This document shows, piece by piece, positions 1 through 7,665 of a stretch of 14,328 bases of DNA (the first letter of the stretch is position 1; every line of letters starts with the position of its first letter). The translations under genes and the position numbers were made by a program. The stretch is taken from NCBI GenBank assembly GCA_963667785.2, contig CAXXMU010000013.1, forward strand, positions 1-14,328, read 5' to 3'. The notes beneath the pieces are model-generated. The model was not told the origin of the DNA and searched no databases. It worked only from the letters and a program-made list of their open reading frames with translations. Source of the stretch: Alphaproteobacteria bacterium (lineage in GTDB: Bacteria > Pseudomonadota > Alphaproteobacteria > UBA828).

Positions 1-31
1 AGGCGGCGACGGCGGCCATCCGGCCGTCTGG
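1..31 (-). ncRNA. rnpB: 5' end of RNase P RNA (class A), truncated by the window edge
   Basis: The minus strand reads CCAGACGGCCGGATGGCCGC..., resembling the P1/P2 5' strand of alphaproteobacterial RNase P RNA as I recall it. It lies just downstream of a well-spaced sigma70-type promoter and of an amidase gene, the usual rnpB neighbourhood in this class. The diagnostic GAGGAAAGTCC motif would be outside the window. Confidence 0.68.
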
Positions 32-847
32 CCCGCCCTGACTACGCCTGCGCCGGGGCCCGGTCAAGCCGCTCTCAGCCTCGCGTCCGCCTGCAAGTGC
101 GCTCACCTGGTCGAGGACGGCCGCCGTGCCGGCGTCGATCACCCCGTCGACGCGCGCCTGGCGGAAGTGCCGCTGAAAGGCGCGCACGACGGCGGCCGTG
201 CCCGCGCCGAAGTCGCCGTCGGCCGCGAGACCGTAGCCGACGTCCCGCAGGCGCGCCTGCTGCCGCCTGACGGCAGCGCCGCGATCGCCCTGGCGGAGAG
301 CCGGGCCCTCCCTCCCGGTCGTGGCCGCGCTCTCGGGCCAGAGACCGATGCCAGCCCCGGCGAGGCGTGCCCAGTCGAAGAGCTCGCCGGGGTCCTGCCG
401 GCGCGTGGGCGCCACGTCCGCATGCGCCACCACGTTGCGGGGATCGATCGGGTGACGCGCGACGATGGCGCGGGCCAGGTCGAGCAGGGCATCCATCTGG
501 GCAGGCGGGAACGGGCGGTAGCCGTGCTCGTGGCCGGGATTGACCAGCTCGATCCCGACCGAGACGTCGTTGACCCCGCGGCGGCCGCGCCATTCGCTCA
601 CCCCTGCGTGCCAGGCGCGCTCCGCCTCGGGCACCAGGCGCCAGAGCGTGCCGTCCTCGCCTATGCACCAGTGCGCGCTGACCTTGGCGCCGGGGTCCGT
701 CAGTCGCGCGAGCGCGGCCTCGGCCGAGACCATGCCGGTGTAGTGGAGGACCAGGGTGTCCACCGGGCCCGCGTCCGCAGGCCGCCCGTCCCGGTTGGGC
801 GAGGGCAGGTCGATCACGGCCCGCCCGGCGATGCTCTCTCCCGTCAC
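2..847 (-). CDS. N-acetylmuramoyl-L-alanine amidase (Amidase_2, AmpD/AmiD-like) with C-terminal peptidoglycan-binding domain; 3' end uncertain
   Basis: Translated by hand; not in the ORF track. GTG start at 847 with GGAG upstream. Reads ...VIDLPSPNRDGRP...LVLHYTGM...VSAHWCIGEDG...RAWHAGVSEWRG...NDVSVGIELVNPGHEHGYRPFP...AHADVAPTRRQDPGELFDW...GYG...DGDFGAGT...VRAFQRHFRQARVDGVID. Zinc ligands and the catalytic Glu are present. Recognisable homology ends near position 100 and there is no in-frame stop before the window edge. Confidence 0.92.
   Translation of the reverse strand, partial: MTGESIAGRAVIDLPSPNRDGRPADAGPVDTLVLHYTGMVSAEAALARLTDPGAKVSAHWCIGEDGTLWRLVPEAERAWHAGVSEWRGRRGVNDVSVGIELVNPGHEHGYRPFPPAQMDALLDLARAIVARHPIDPRNVVAHADVAPTRRQDPGELFDWARLAGAGIGLWPESAATTGREGPALRQGDRGAAVRRQQARLRDVGYGLAADGDFGAGTAAVVRAFQRHFRQARVDGVIDAGTAAVLDQVSALAGGREAESGLTGPRRRRSQGGPDGRMAAVAA
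39..67 (-). promoter_or_regulatory. sigma70-type promoter for the putative rnpB
   Basis: Minus strand has TTGACC (67-62), a 17-nt spacer and TAGTCA (44-39), ending 7 nt before the proposed RNA 5' end. A -10 lacking the final T is common in Alphaproteobacteria. Confidence 0.55.
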
Positions 848-896
848 GCCCGTCTCCGACTATGCCTGACACCGCCCATCGTGGATCGCGCAGGCG

Positions 897-1769
897 TCAG
901 CCGGCCTTCACGGCCGATCCCGCCTCGCGCCTGAGCACGATGAGCGCGACGCCGGAGACGATGATCGCGCCGCCCACGAGCGTCTGCCAGGTGAGCGGGT
1001 CGCCCAGGATGAAGACGCCGAAGATCACGCCCACCACCGGCACGAGCAGCATGAAGCCCGCAACCGTCGCCACCCGGTTGTGCGCGAGCAGATAGTACCA
1101 GGCCCAGTAGGCCAGCAGGGTGGAGCCGAACACCTGATAGAGGAGCGAGCCGTGCAGGCGCCAGTCGGGCTGCAGCAGGCTCGCGAGATGCCCCTCCTCC
1201 AGGGCGAAGGACAGCGGGAAGAGGATCAGCGCGGAGACCGCCGACATCCAGGCGTTCAACGACAGCGGCGAGATGTCGGTGAGGCGCTTCACCTGCACGT
1301 TGGCGATGGCCCACGCGATGCTGGAGCCGAACATGAGCCCGATCCCCACCGCGTTGCCGGTATGGCGCGGCTCGCCCACCAGCAGCACGGCGCCGCCGAA
1401 GGCGATCCCGATGCCGAGGATGGCCAGCAAGCCGGGGCGCTCGCGCAGGAGAAGCCCGGCCAGCACGGCGCTGAGCGGCACTTGCGTGATCCAGATGATC
1501 GCCGCGGTCGAGGCCTCCACGCCTATATTGAGGGCGATGTAGAAGAGGCCGAAGTGGCCGGCGCCCATGGTCAGCGCGAACAGGCTCACGGCGAGCCAGC
1601 GGCCGCGCGGCGGGCGCACGAACCAGACCAGCATCAGCGCCATCAGGGTGAAGCGGAGCGCCAGAAAGAACAGCGGCGGCATGTGGTCCGCGCCGTACTT
1701 GCTGGTCACGAAGCCGAAGCCCCAGAGCAAGGCCGTGCCGACCGCGATCGCGATGTGACTCGGCTGCAT
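897..1769 (-). CDS. EamA/DMT family inner-membrane transporter
   Basis: 290 aa with about 10 hydrophobic segments in two repeats; motifs LLWGFGFV..K, PPL..ALRF, LLLRER, LLVPVVGV..G..ILGD. Confidence 0.92.
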   Translation of the reverse strand: MQPSHIAIAVGTALLWGFGFVTSKYGADHMPPLFFLALRFTLMALMLVWFVRPPRGRWLAVSLFALTMGAGHFGLFYIALNIGVEASTAAIIWITQVPLSAVLAGLLLRERPGLLAILGIGIAFGGAVLLVGEPRHTGNAVGIGLMFGSSIAWAIANVQVKRLTDISPLSLNAWMSAVSALILFPLSFALEEGHLASLLQPDWRLHGSLLYQVFGSTLLAYWAWYYLLAHNRVATVAGFMLLVPVVGVIFGVFILGDPLTWQTLVGGAIIVSGVALIVLRREAGSAVKAG

Positions 1770-1810
1770 GAAGCGGCGGGAGCGGGAGCGGGCGCGCGCT
1801 CAGCGCGCGG

Positions 1811-2554
1811 TCAACGTAGCCCGCGAAGCTTGGCGATCCTGTCATAGGCCGCGTTGATCGCGGCCATCTGGTCGTTCGCGACCTGGATCATCTCCTCCGG
1901 CATGCCCTCGGCGATGAGCTTGTCGGGGTGATGTTCCACGATGAGCCGGCGGTAGGTCCGCTTGATCTCGTCGTCCGTCGCATCGGGCTCGACGCCGAGC
2001 ACCTGATAGGGATCGGCCTCGCCGCCGCCCATGTGGCGCGACATGATCTGCGCGAAGCCGCGCTCGTCGAAGCCGAAGATCTGGGCGACACGTTCGAGAT
2101 AGGCGCGTTCGCCCGCGTGCAGCTCGCCATCGGCCATGGCGATCTGGAAGAGCGCGCCGAGCAGCTCTTCGCGCATGGTGGTGTCGTGCGGGAAGATCTG
2201 CACGATCTGCTCGGCATAGGGCTCGAAGCCTTCCGCCTCGCGCCGCGCCTCGTCCCAGATGCGCCCCACGGCGGCGGCATGGGCGTCGGGAACGCGGAAG
2301 ACCCGCTTGAACGCGTCGATCTCCTCGCGGGTGACGTGGCCGTCCGCCTTCGCCATCTTGGCCGCGAGCACCACCAGGGCGATGGAGACGGCGGCCTGCT
2401 TGGTTTCCTGGTCGCCCGCGCCGATCCGCCGGACGCCGCGGCCGCGGGCCATGCGGTCGACGAAATGGCCCGCCGCGACACCCAGGATCGCGCCGATGGG
2501 GCCGCCGAGGGCGAACCCCGCAGCGCCTCCGATCACCTTTCCCCAGATGCTCAA
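1811..2554 (-). CDS. djlA: DjlA-like co-chaperone (N-terminal TM, TerB-like domain, C-terminal J domain)
   Basis: N-terminus SIWGKVIGGAAGFALGGPIGAILG; TerB-like AKMAKADGHVTREE and IAMADGELH..E; J domain DPYQVLGV...IKRTYRRL...HHPDKL...INAAYD with intact HPD. TTG start. Confidence 0.9.
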   Translation of the reverse strand: MSIWGKVIGGAAGFALGGPIGAILGVAAGHFVDRMARGRGVRRIGAGDQETKQAAVSIALVVLAAKMAKADGHVTREEIDAFKRVFRVPDAHAAAVGRIWDEARREAEGFEPYAEQIVQIFPHDTTMREELLGALFQIAMADGELHAGERAYLERVAQIFGFDERGFAQIMSRHMGGGEADPYQVLGVEPDATDDEIKRTYRRLIVEHHPDKLIAEGMPEEMIQVANDQMAAINAAYDRIAKLRGLR

Positions 2555-2765
2555 CCGCCGCGCGCCCCCTGCATCCTGTCGCCTGGCACCATAGCCGCCC
2601 CACCCTGCCCGCGCCAGACTGGGCGCTCCGCCCCGCGCTTTGTCGCAATTCGTCCCAATTCAGGCGGTAAACGCTGTTGCAATCCGGCCTAGGCGCTGGA
2701 AACATGCCGGCCCCGCGACCGTGGCGCCAAGCCCGCCGGCGCGGCTCTGGGTAAAGGGAGACAGC

Positions 2766-4794
2766 ATGAGCGATTCGACCGGGGCGCTGAACATTGCGCT
2801 TGTCGGCCCCTATACGAGCGGCAAGACCACACTCCTCGAAAGCATGTTGTTCGTGTCCGGCACGATCGGCCGCAAGGGCAAGGTCACGGACGGGAACACC
2901 GTGGGCGACTGGTCCGACGAGGCCCGGGCGCGCCAGTCGAGCGTGGAGGTCAACGCCGCCTCGTTCACGTATCGGGATCACCGCTTCACGGTCCTGGACT
3001 GTCCGGGGTCGATCGAGTTCTTCGCCGAGACCGCCAATGCGCTCATGGGCGTCGACCTCGCCGTCATCGTCTGCTCCCCCGACGTGAATCGGGTGTGGAC
3101 CATGGGACGGCTGCTCAAGTTCCTGACGCAGCACGACATCCCGCACGTTCTCTTCACCAACCGGATGGACGAGACGGCGGTGCGGATCGCCGAGCTGATC
3201 GAGGCGATGCAGCCCGTGAGCGACCGGCCCCTGGTGCCCTGCCAGGTCGCGATCCGGGACGGCGACAACGTCACGGGCTACGTCGACCTGATCACCGGAC
3301 AGGCCTACGAGTACCGGGATCAGGAAGGCGCCGTCGGCGTCGATGCGCCCGAAACGGTCGCGGAGCGCCAGGAGGATGCGCGGACGCAGCTTCTGGAGAG
3401 CCTGGCGGACTTCGACGACACCCTCCTGGAGAGGCTGCTGGAGGACGAGATTCCGGAGCCCGGTGAGATCCAGGACTTCCTGCGCGGCGTCCTCGCGGAT
3501 GCCGCGTGGTGCCGGTGATGATGGGCTCGGCCGAGACGGGACTGGGGCGTGCGCCGCCTGCTCGATTCCCTGATCGACTTCGCGCCCGGCGATGCTCTCG
3601 CCGCGAAGCGACTGCCGGCGGGCGCCGACGGCGCCACGGTCGGGCAGGTCGTCAAGACCTACATCACCCAGCACGGCGGCAAGGTCTCGCTGGCCCGTGT
3701 GTGGGCCGGGACCATCGAAGACGGCATGACGCTCAACGACGGCCAGCGCATCGGCGGCATGTACCGGATGCAGGGCCAGAACCAGAACAAGGTCGACAAG
3801 GCGGGAGCAGGCGAGATCGTGGGCCTCGGGCGGCTCGAATCGATCTCCACCGGCGATACCGTGGCACCCGCCGACGGGCCGGACGTGGAGCCGCTTCGGC
3901 GGGCCGAGATTCCGCTCCTCGGTCTATGCCTATGCCGTGAGGGCGAGCCGGCGCGAGGACGAGGTCAAGGTATCGGGCGCGATGAGCCGCCTCGCCCAGG
4001 AGGACCCGTCGCTGAGCTTCCAGCCCAATCCCGATACGCAGGAGGCGGTGCTCTGGGGCCAGGGCGAGATGCACCTGAAGGTCGCGCTCGATCGCCTCGC
4101 CGGCAAGTACGGGCTCGCCATGCAGACCGAGAAGCCCAAGGTCGCCTACAAGGAGGCGATCCGCAAGCCGGTCTCGCAGCACGCGCGCTACAAGAAGCAG
4201 ACCGGCGGCCACGGCCAGTTCGGCGACGTGCATATCGAGGTGAAGCCGCTGCCGCGCGGCACCGGCTTCGAGTTCCAGGACAAGGTCGTGGGCGGCGCCG
4301 TGCCGCGCCAGTACATCCCTGCGGTCGAGGCCGGCGTGCGCGACTACCTCGCCAATGGGCCGCTCGGCTTCCCGGTCGTCGACGTCTCGGTGACGCTGAC
4401 CGACGGCAAGCACCATTCGGTGGACAGCTCGGAGATGGCCTTCAAGACCGCCGGCCGGATGGCGATGGCGGAAGCGCTGCCCAAGTGCAACCCGGTGCTG
4501 CTGGAGCCCATCTGCGAGGTCAGGATCTCGGTGCCGAACGAGTTCACGCCGAACGTCCAGCGGCTGGTGACGGGCCGGCGCGGCCAGGTGCTGGGCTACC
4601 AGGCGCGCGAGGACTGGTCCGGCTGGGACGAACTCACCAGCCAGATGCCCCAGTCGGAGATGCACGATCTGATCATCGAGCTCCGCTCGCTCACGCTCGG
4701 CGTCGGCATCTTCGAATCGCAGTTCGATCGCCTTCAGGAGCTGACCGGGCGGCTCGCCGACGACGTGCTCGCCGCTGCGAAGGAGGACGACTGA
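2766..4794 (+). pseudogene. Elongation factor G paralog (EF-G2-like), frameshifted three times as sequenced (real pseudogene or sequence error)
   Basis: ATG at 2766 after GGGAG. G1 GPYTSGKT, G3 DCPG, G4 NRMD. Frame jumps near 3504, 3539 and 3918 join the pieces into about 675 aa. Contains EDPSL, GQGEMHL, KVAYKEAI, KKQTGGHGQFGDV, DGKHHSVDSSEMAFK, PVLLEPI and RRGQVLG. It lacks the RGITI effector motif of canonical fusA. Confidence 0.9.
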
Positions 4795-4802
4795 CCCCCG
4801 GC

Positions 4803-5618
4803 ATGAGCGAAAGCCTTCCGCGACGGCGTGCTCTGCCCCGAACGATCGGCTTCCCTGCCGCACTGCGGCGCTGCGCGGCGGCCGTGCTGCTGGGCCTTGC
4901 GCTGCTCGGCTTTGCCGCCGACGGGCGGGCGCAGGACCCTTACGGAGCCGACGATCCGCTCGAGGACGTCAATCGCGCGGTATTCGAGTTCAACCAGGCC
5001 ATCGACAGCCTCATCCTGAAGCCGGCGGCCGAGGTCTACGTGTTCCTGCTGCCGGACGTGGTGCGCCAGCGCATCACGAACGTCCTGCGGAACCTCGGCG
5101 AGCCGCTGAACCTCGTGAACAACCTTGCCCAGGGAAAGTTCGAGCGCGCGGGCTCGACGCTCACGCGTTTCGCGATCAACTCCACCATCGGCGTGGGCGG
5201 CGTCTTCGATGCGGCCACGGACTGGGGCTACCCGCGCGCACCGGAAGACTTCGGGCAGACCCTCGCGTCGTGGGGGATCGGCGACAGTCCGTTCCTCATG
5301 CTGCCGGTCCTGGGCCCGAGCAGTCCGCGCGACGCGGTGGGCTTCGGCGTCGACATGTTTGCGGACCCCATGAGCTATGTCCTGGTCGACGAAGCCGGCC
5401 TCGCCCGCAGCATCACCAGCGGTGTCTCCCAGCGTGCCCAGTATCTCGACGAGCTTGAAACGCTGGAAAGCACCTCTGTCGACTTCTATGCTGCTATGCG
5501 CGAGCTCTATCGGCAGTATCGCGCGACGGAGATCAGCGACGGCGCGCCGCCGACTGTCATGGAGATACCCGACTTCGACTTCGACGACGACTTCGACGAT
5601 GAGTGGTTCGAGGAATAG
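4803..5618 (+). CDS. mlaA: MlaA/VacJ family phospholipid-asymmetry protein
   Basis: C-terminal part of ORF 3549..5618, starting at MSESL. Motifs DPLEDVNRAVFEFN, NLGEP, RFAINSTIGVGGVFD, EDFGQTL..WG, LPVLGPSSPRD, DFYAAMR..Y.Q.R. Adjacent to mlaC. Start codon is uncertain (no clear SD). Confidence 0.92.
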   Translation: MSESLPRRRALPRTIGFPAALRRCAAAVLLGLALLGFAADGRAQDPYGADDPLEDVNRAVFEFNQAIDSLILKPAAEVYVFLLPDVVRQRITNVLRNLGEPLNLVNNLAQGKFERAGSTLTRFAINSTIGVGGVFDAATDWGYPRAPEDFGQTLASWGIGDSPFLMLPVLGPSSPRDAVGFGVDMFADPMSYVLVDEAGLARSITSGVSQRAQYLDELETLESTSVDFYAAMRELYRQYRATEISDGAPPTVMEIPDFDFDDDFDDEWFEE

Positions 5619-5661
5619 ACCGCCGCACGGCGCCCCCGGGGTGAGGCAGAGCTGAGGTCCC

Positions 5662-6303
5662 ATGAACATTCTCGTCTCCAGACGCATCGTCACGGCCGCC
5701 GTCATCGGCCTTGCCGTCCTGCTCTCCGCCACCGGCGGGCCGCGGGCGGCCTTGGGCGAGGATCCGGCGCTGACGTTCATCCAGAGTCTCGGCGACCAGG
5801 CCGTGGAATCCCTCCGCGACAACTTGGACAGCCCCTTTGCGGAACGCGAGGCCGCGTTCCGCGAGGTCATGGTGCGGGGCTTCGACATTCCCATCGTCGG
5901 CCGCTTCGTGCTCGGCCGGCACTGGAGAACGGCGACCAAGGAGCAGCGCAGGGAATACATGGCGGTCTTCGTGGACTTCATCGTCCGCGTGTACGCGAGC
6001 CGCTTCGATTCGTACGGCGGTGAGCTGTTCACGGCGCGCTCGGTGATCGACGACGAGAGCGGCGACAAGATCGTCCGCGCCCAGATCGTGCGGCCCTCGG
6101 GCGGCGATCCGATCGCCGTCGACTTCCGCGTGCGGATGCGGGACGAGGGCTACAAGGTCATCGACATAAGCGTCGAAGGGATCAGCATGCTGCACACGCA
6201 CCGGGTGGAGTTCGCCTCGGTCGTCAATCGCAAGGGGATCGACGGCCTGCTGAGCGACCTGCGGGCGCGCGTCGAGGCGCCGGTGGAGGACGCGGCCGAA
6301 TAA
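5662..6303 (+). CDS. mlaC: MlaC/Ttg2D periplasmic phospholipid-binding protein
   Basis: Signal peptide; FDIPIVGRFVLGRHWRTAT.EQR..Y...F and KVIDISVEGISM..THR.EF motifs; GAGG upstream; follows mlaA. Confidence 0.9.
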   Translation: MNILVSRRIVTAAVIGLAVLLSATGGPRAALGEDPALTFIQSLGDQAVESLRDNLDSPFAEREAAFREVMVRGFDIPIVGRFVLGRHWRTATKEQRREYMAVFVDFIVRVYASRFDSYGGELFTARSVIDDESGDKIVRAQIVRPSGGDPIAVDFRVRMRDEGYKVIDISVEGISMLHTHRVEFASVVNRKGIDGLLSDLRARVEAPVEDAAE

Positions 6304-6454
6304 TCCGGGATGGTAAGGAAGTTGCGCTGCCCGAAACGGGCGGGAGCGCGTCTGCGGGTTGCCGGCGCGGACGGCGCGAGGGAGAACTATCGGGGCAACG
6401 AGCCACCCTGGCGCGAAGGCGCGCGGGCGGGGCAGGCAACCGGCGAGGGATACG

Positions 6455-7534
6455 ATGCAGTTTGGCGTTCTGGTGACTTCGCAGCCCAATCTCGACGTGG
6501 AGCCTTATCCGCACCGCGCCGTGCACGCGCGGGTCACGCGCGAGATCGTGGAGGCGGACCGGCTCGGCTACGACACGGCCTGGATCGCCGAGCACCACTT
6601 TTCCAACCAGTACGGGGTGCTGCCGGACCCCTTCGTCTATCTGGCGTACCTGGCGCCCAAGACCACCCGGATCGGGCTCGGCACGGCGGTGATGACGCTG
6701 CCCCTCCACAACCCGATGCGGATCGTGGAGAACGCGGCCTTCGTCGACATCCTGAGCGAGGGCCGGCTCAGCCTGGGCCTGGGCTCCGGCTACCGGCCCT
6801 ACGAGTACGAGGGCTTCGGCATTCCCTTCGACGCCCGCCACGACATCCAGGAGGAGGCCTTCCCGCTGATCCTCGACGCCTTCCACAAGCGGAAGGTCAG
6901 CCACGAGGGCACCCACTTCCGGCACCGGGTCGAGGGCGACTACGAGATCTATCCCGTGAGCGTGCAGGAGCCGCATCCCCCCTTCTACATGGCGGCGGGC
7001 ACCACGCGCTCGATCGAAGTGGCGGCCCGCCACGGATTCGGCCTGATGCTCTCCACGCTGCCCTCGTTCGAGACCCTTGCCGGGCAGATCGCGCTCTACC
7101 GCGAGGCCATGCAGCACGCACCGGCGCCCTGGAACGCCAATCCCGCCTTCGGCTCCGTCAACATCGCCCGCTGGGTCTACGTGGCCGAGACCGACGAGGC
7201 GGCGAAGGAGGAGAGCGCGCCCGGCATCATCCGCCACCTCGAAGCCTTCCTCGGCAAGAAGACGGCGGGCTATCTCGGCAAGGTCTCGGAGAAGGAAGGC
7301 GCCGCGGCGATCGACTACGACACGCTGCTGGAGACCACCCTGATCCACGGCGCGCCCGAGACGGTGATCGCCCGCATCCGCGCACTCCGCGCCGCCACCG
7401 GCCTCGACTCCCTGCTGCTCCACTACCCGCCCTATTATGGCGAGGCGAACCTGTTGAAAAGCCTGCGGCTTTTCGCCGAGGCCGTGATGCCGGCCTTCCG
7501 CACGCCCGCAGGCAGCACCGAGGCCGCCGAATAG
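6455..7534 (+). CDS. LLM class (luciferase-like) flavin-dependent monooxygenase
   Basis: ATG at 6455 after GAGGGA (MQFGV). Motifs EADRLGYDTAWIAEHHF, TTRIGLGTAV..LPLHNP.RIVE.AA.VDILSEGRL.LGLGSGY..YEYEGFG, QEPHPP, LRLFAEAVMP. Substrate unknown. Confidence 0.92.
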   Translation: MQFGVLVTSQPNLDVEPYPHRAVHARVTREIVEADRLGYDTAWIAEHHFSNQYGVLPDPFVYLAYLAPKTTRIGLGTAVMTLPLHNPMRIVENAAFVDILSEGRLSLGLGSGYRPYEYEGFGIPFDARHDIQEEAFPLILDAFHKRKVSHEGTHFRHRVEGDYEIYPVSVQEPHPPFYMAAGTTRSIEVAARHGFGLMLSTLPSFETLAGQIALYREAMQHAPAPWNANPAFGSVNIARWVYVAETDEAAKEESAPGIIRHLEAFLGKKTAGYLGKVSEKEGAAAIDYDTLLETTLIHGAPETVIARIRALRAATGLDSLLLHYPPYYGEANLLKSLRLFAEAVMPAFRTPAGSTEAAE

Positions 7535-7558
7535 CCCCCGGAAGCCCGCAGACCGCTC

Positions 7559-7616
7559 AATTTTGGCTGCCGATATGAAGTTTTGGCTTAGATCAGGCGC
7601 CAAGTTTGGGTACAAT
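7559..7616 (+). promoter_or_regulatory. Candidate promoter with upstream direct repeats
   Basis: AT-rich patch with TACAAT at 7611-7616 and a weak -35 TTAGAT at 7588-7593 (17-nt spacer). A(A/G)TTTTGGCT occurs at 7559-7568 and 7579-7588. Confidence 0.45.
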
Positions 7617-7665
7617 GGTCCGACCGGAGGCCCACCACACTACTTCGCTAGGGAACACGCGCCAA

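Noticed and set aside
75-934. ORFs 75..872(-), 139..492(-), 167..934(+) and 540..743(+)
   Set aside because: These are shadow frames of the amidase, which lies in the third minus frame and carries all the family motifs.
3498-3545. Programmed ribosomal frameshifting or stop readthrough in the EF-G paralog
   Set aside because: There is no slippery heptamer or evident stimulator, and several recoding events would be needed. Indels are a simpler explanation.
3549-5618. 689-aa ORF that looks like an EF-G domain II-MlaA fusion
   Set aside because: It results from the frameshift near 3918. The middle is off-frame Arg/Gly/Pro-rich sequence overlapping the true EF-G C-terminal frame (3937-4794), and MlaA has its own signal peptide from 4803.
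6320-6365. Resemblance to a c-di-GMP-I riboswitch (GAAA-containing hairpin then GCGGGTTGCCG)
   Set aside because: The GGCAAAC and GACGCAAAGC conserved segments and the second stem are missing.
6378-6440. Resemblance to a glycine riboswitch (GGGAGA...GAAGGCGC...CAGG)
   Set aside because: It lacks the CCGAAG and CTCTCAGG core and the P3 pairing, and the downstream gene is not glycine-related.
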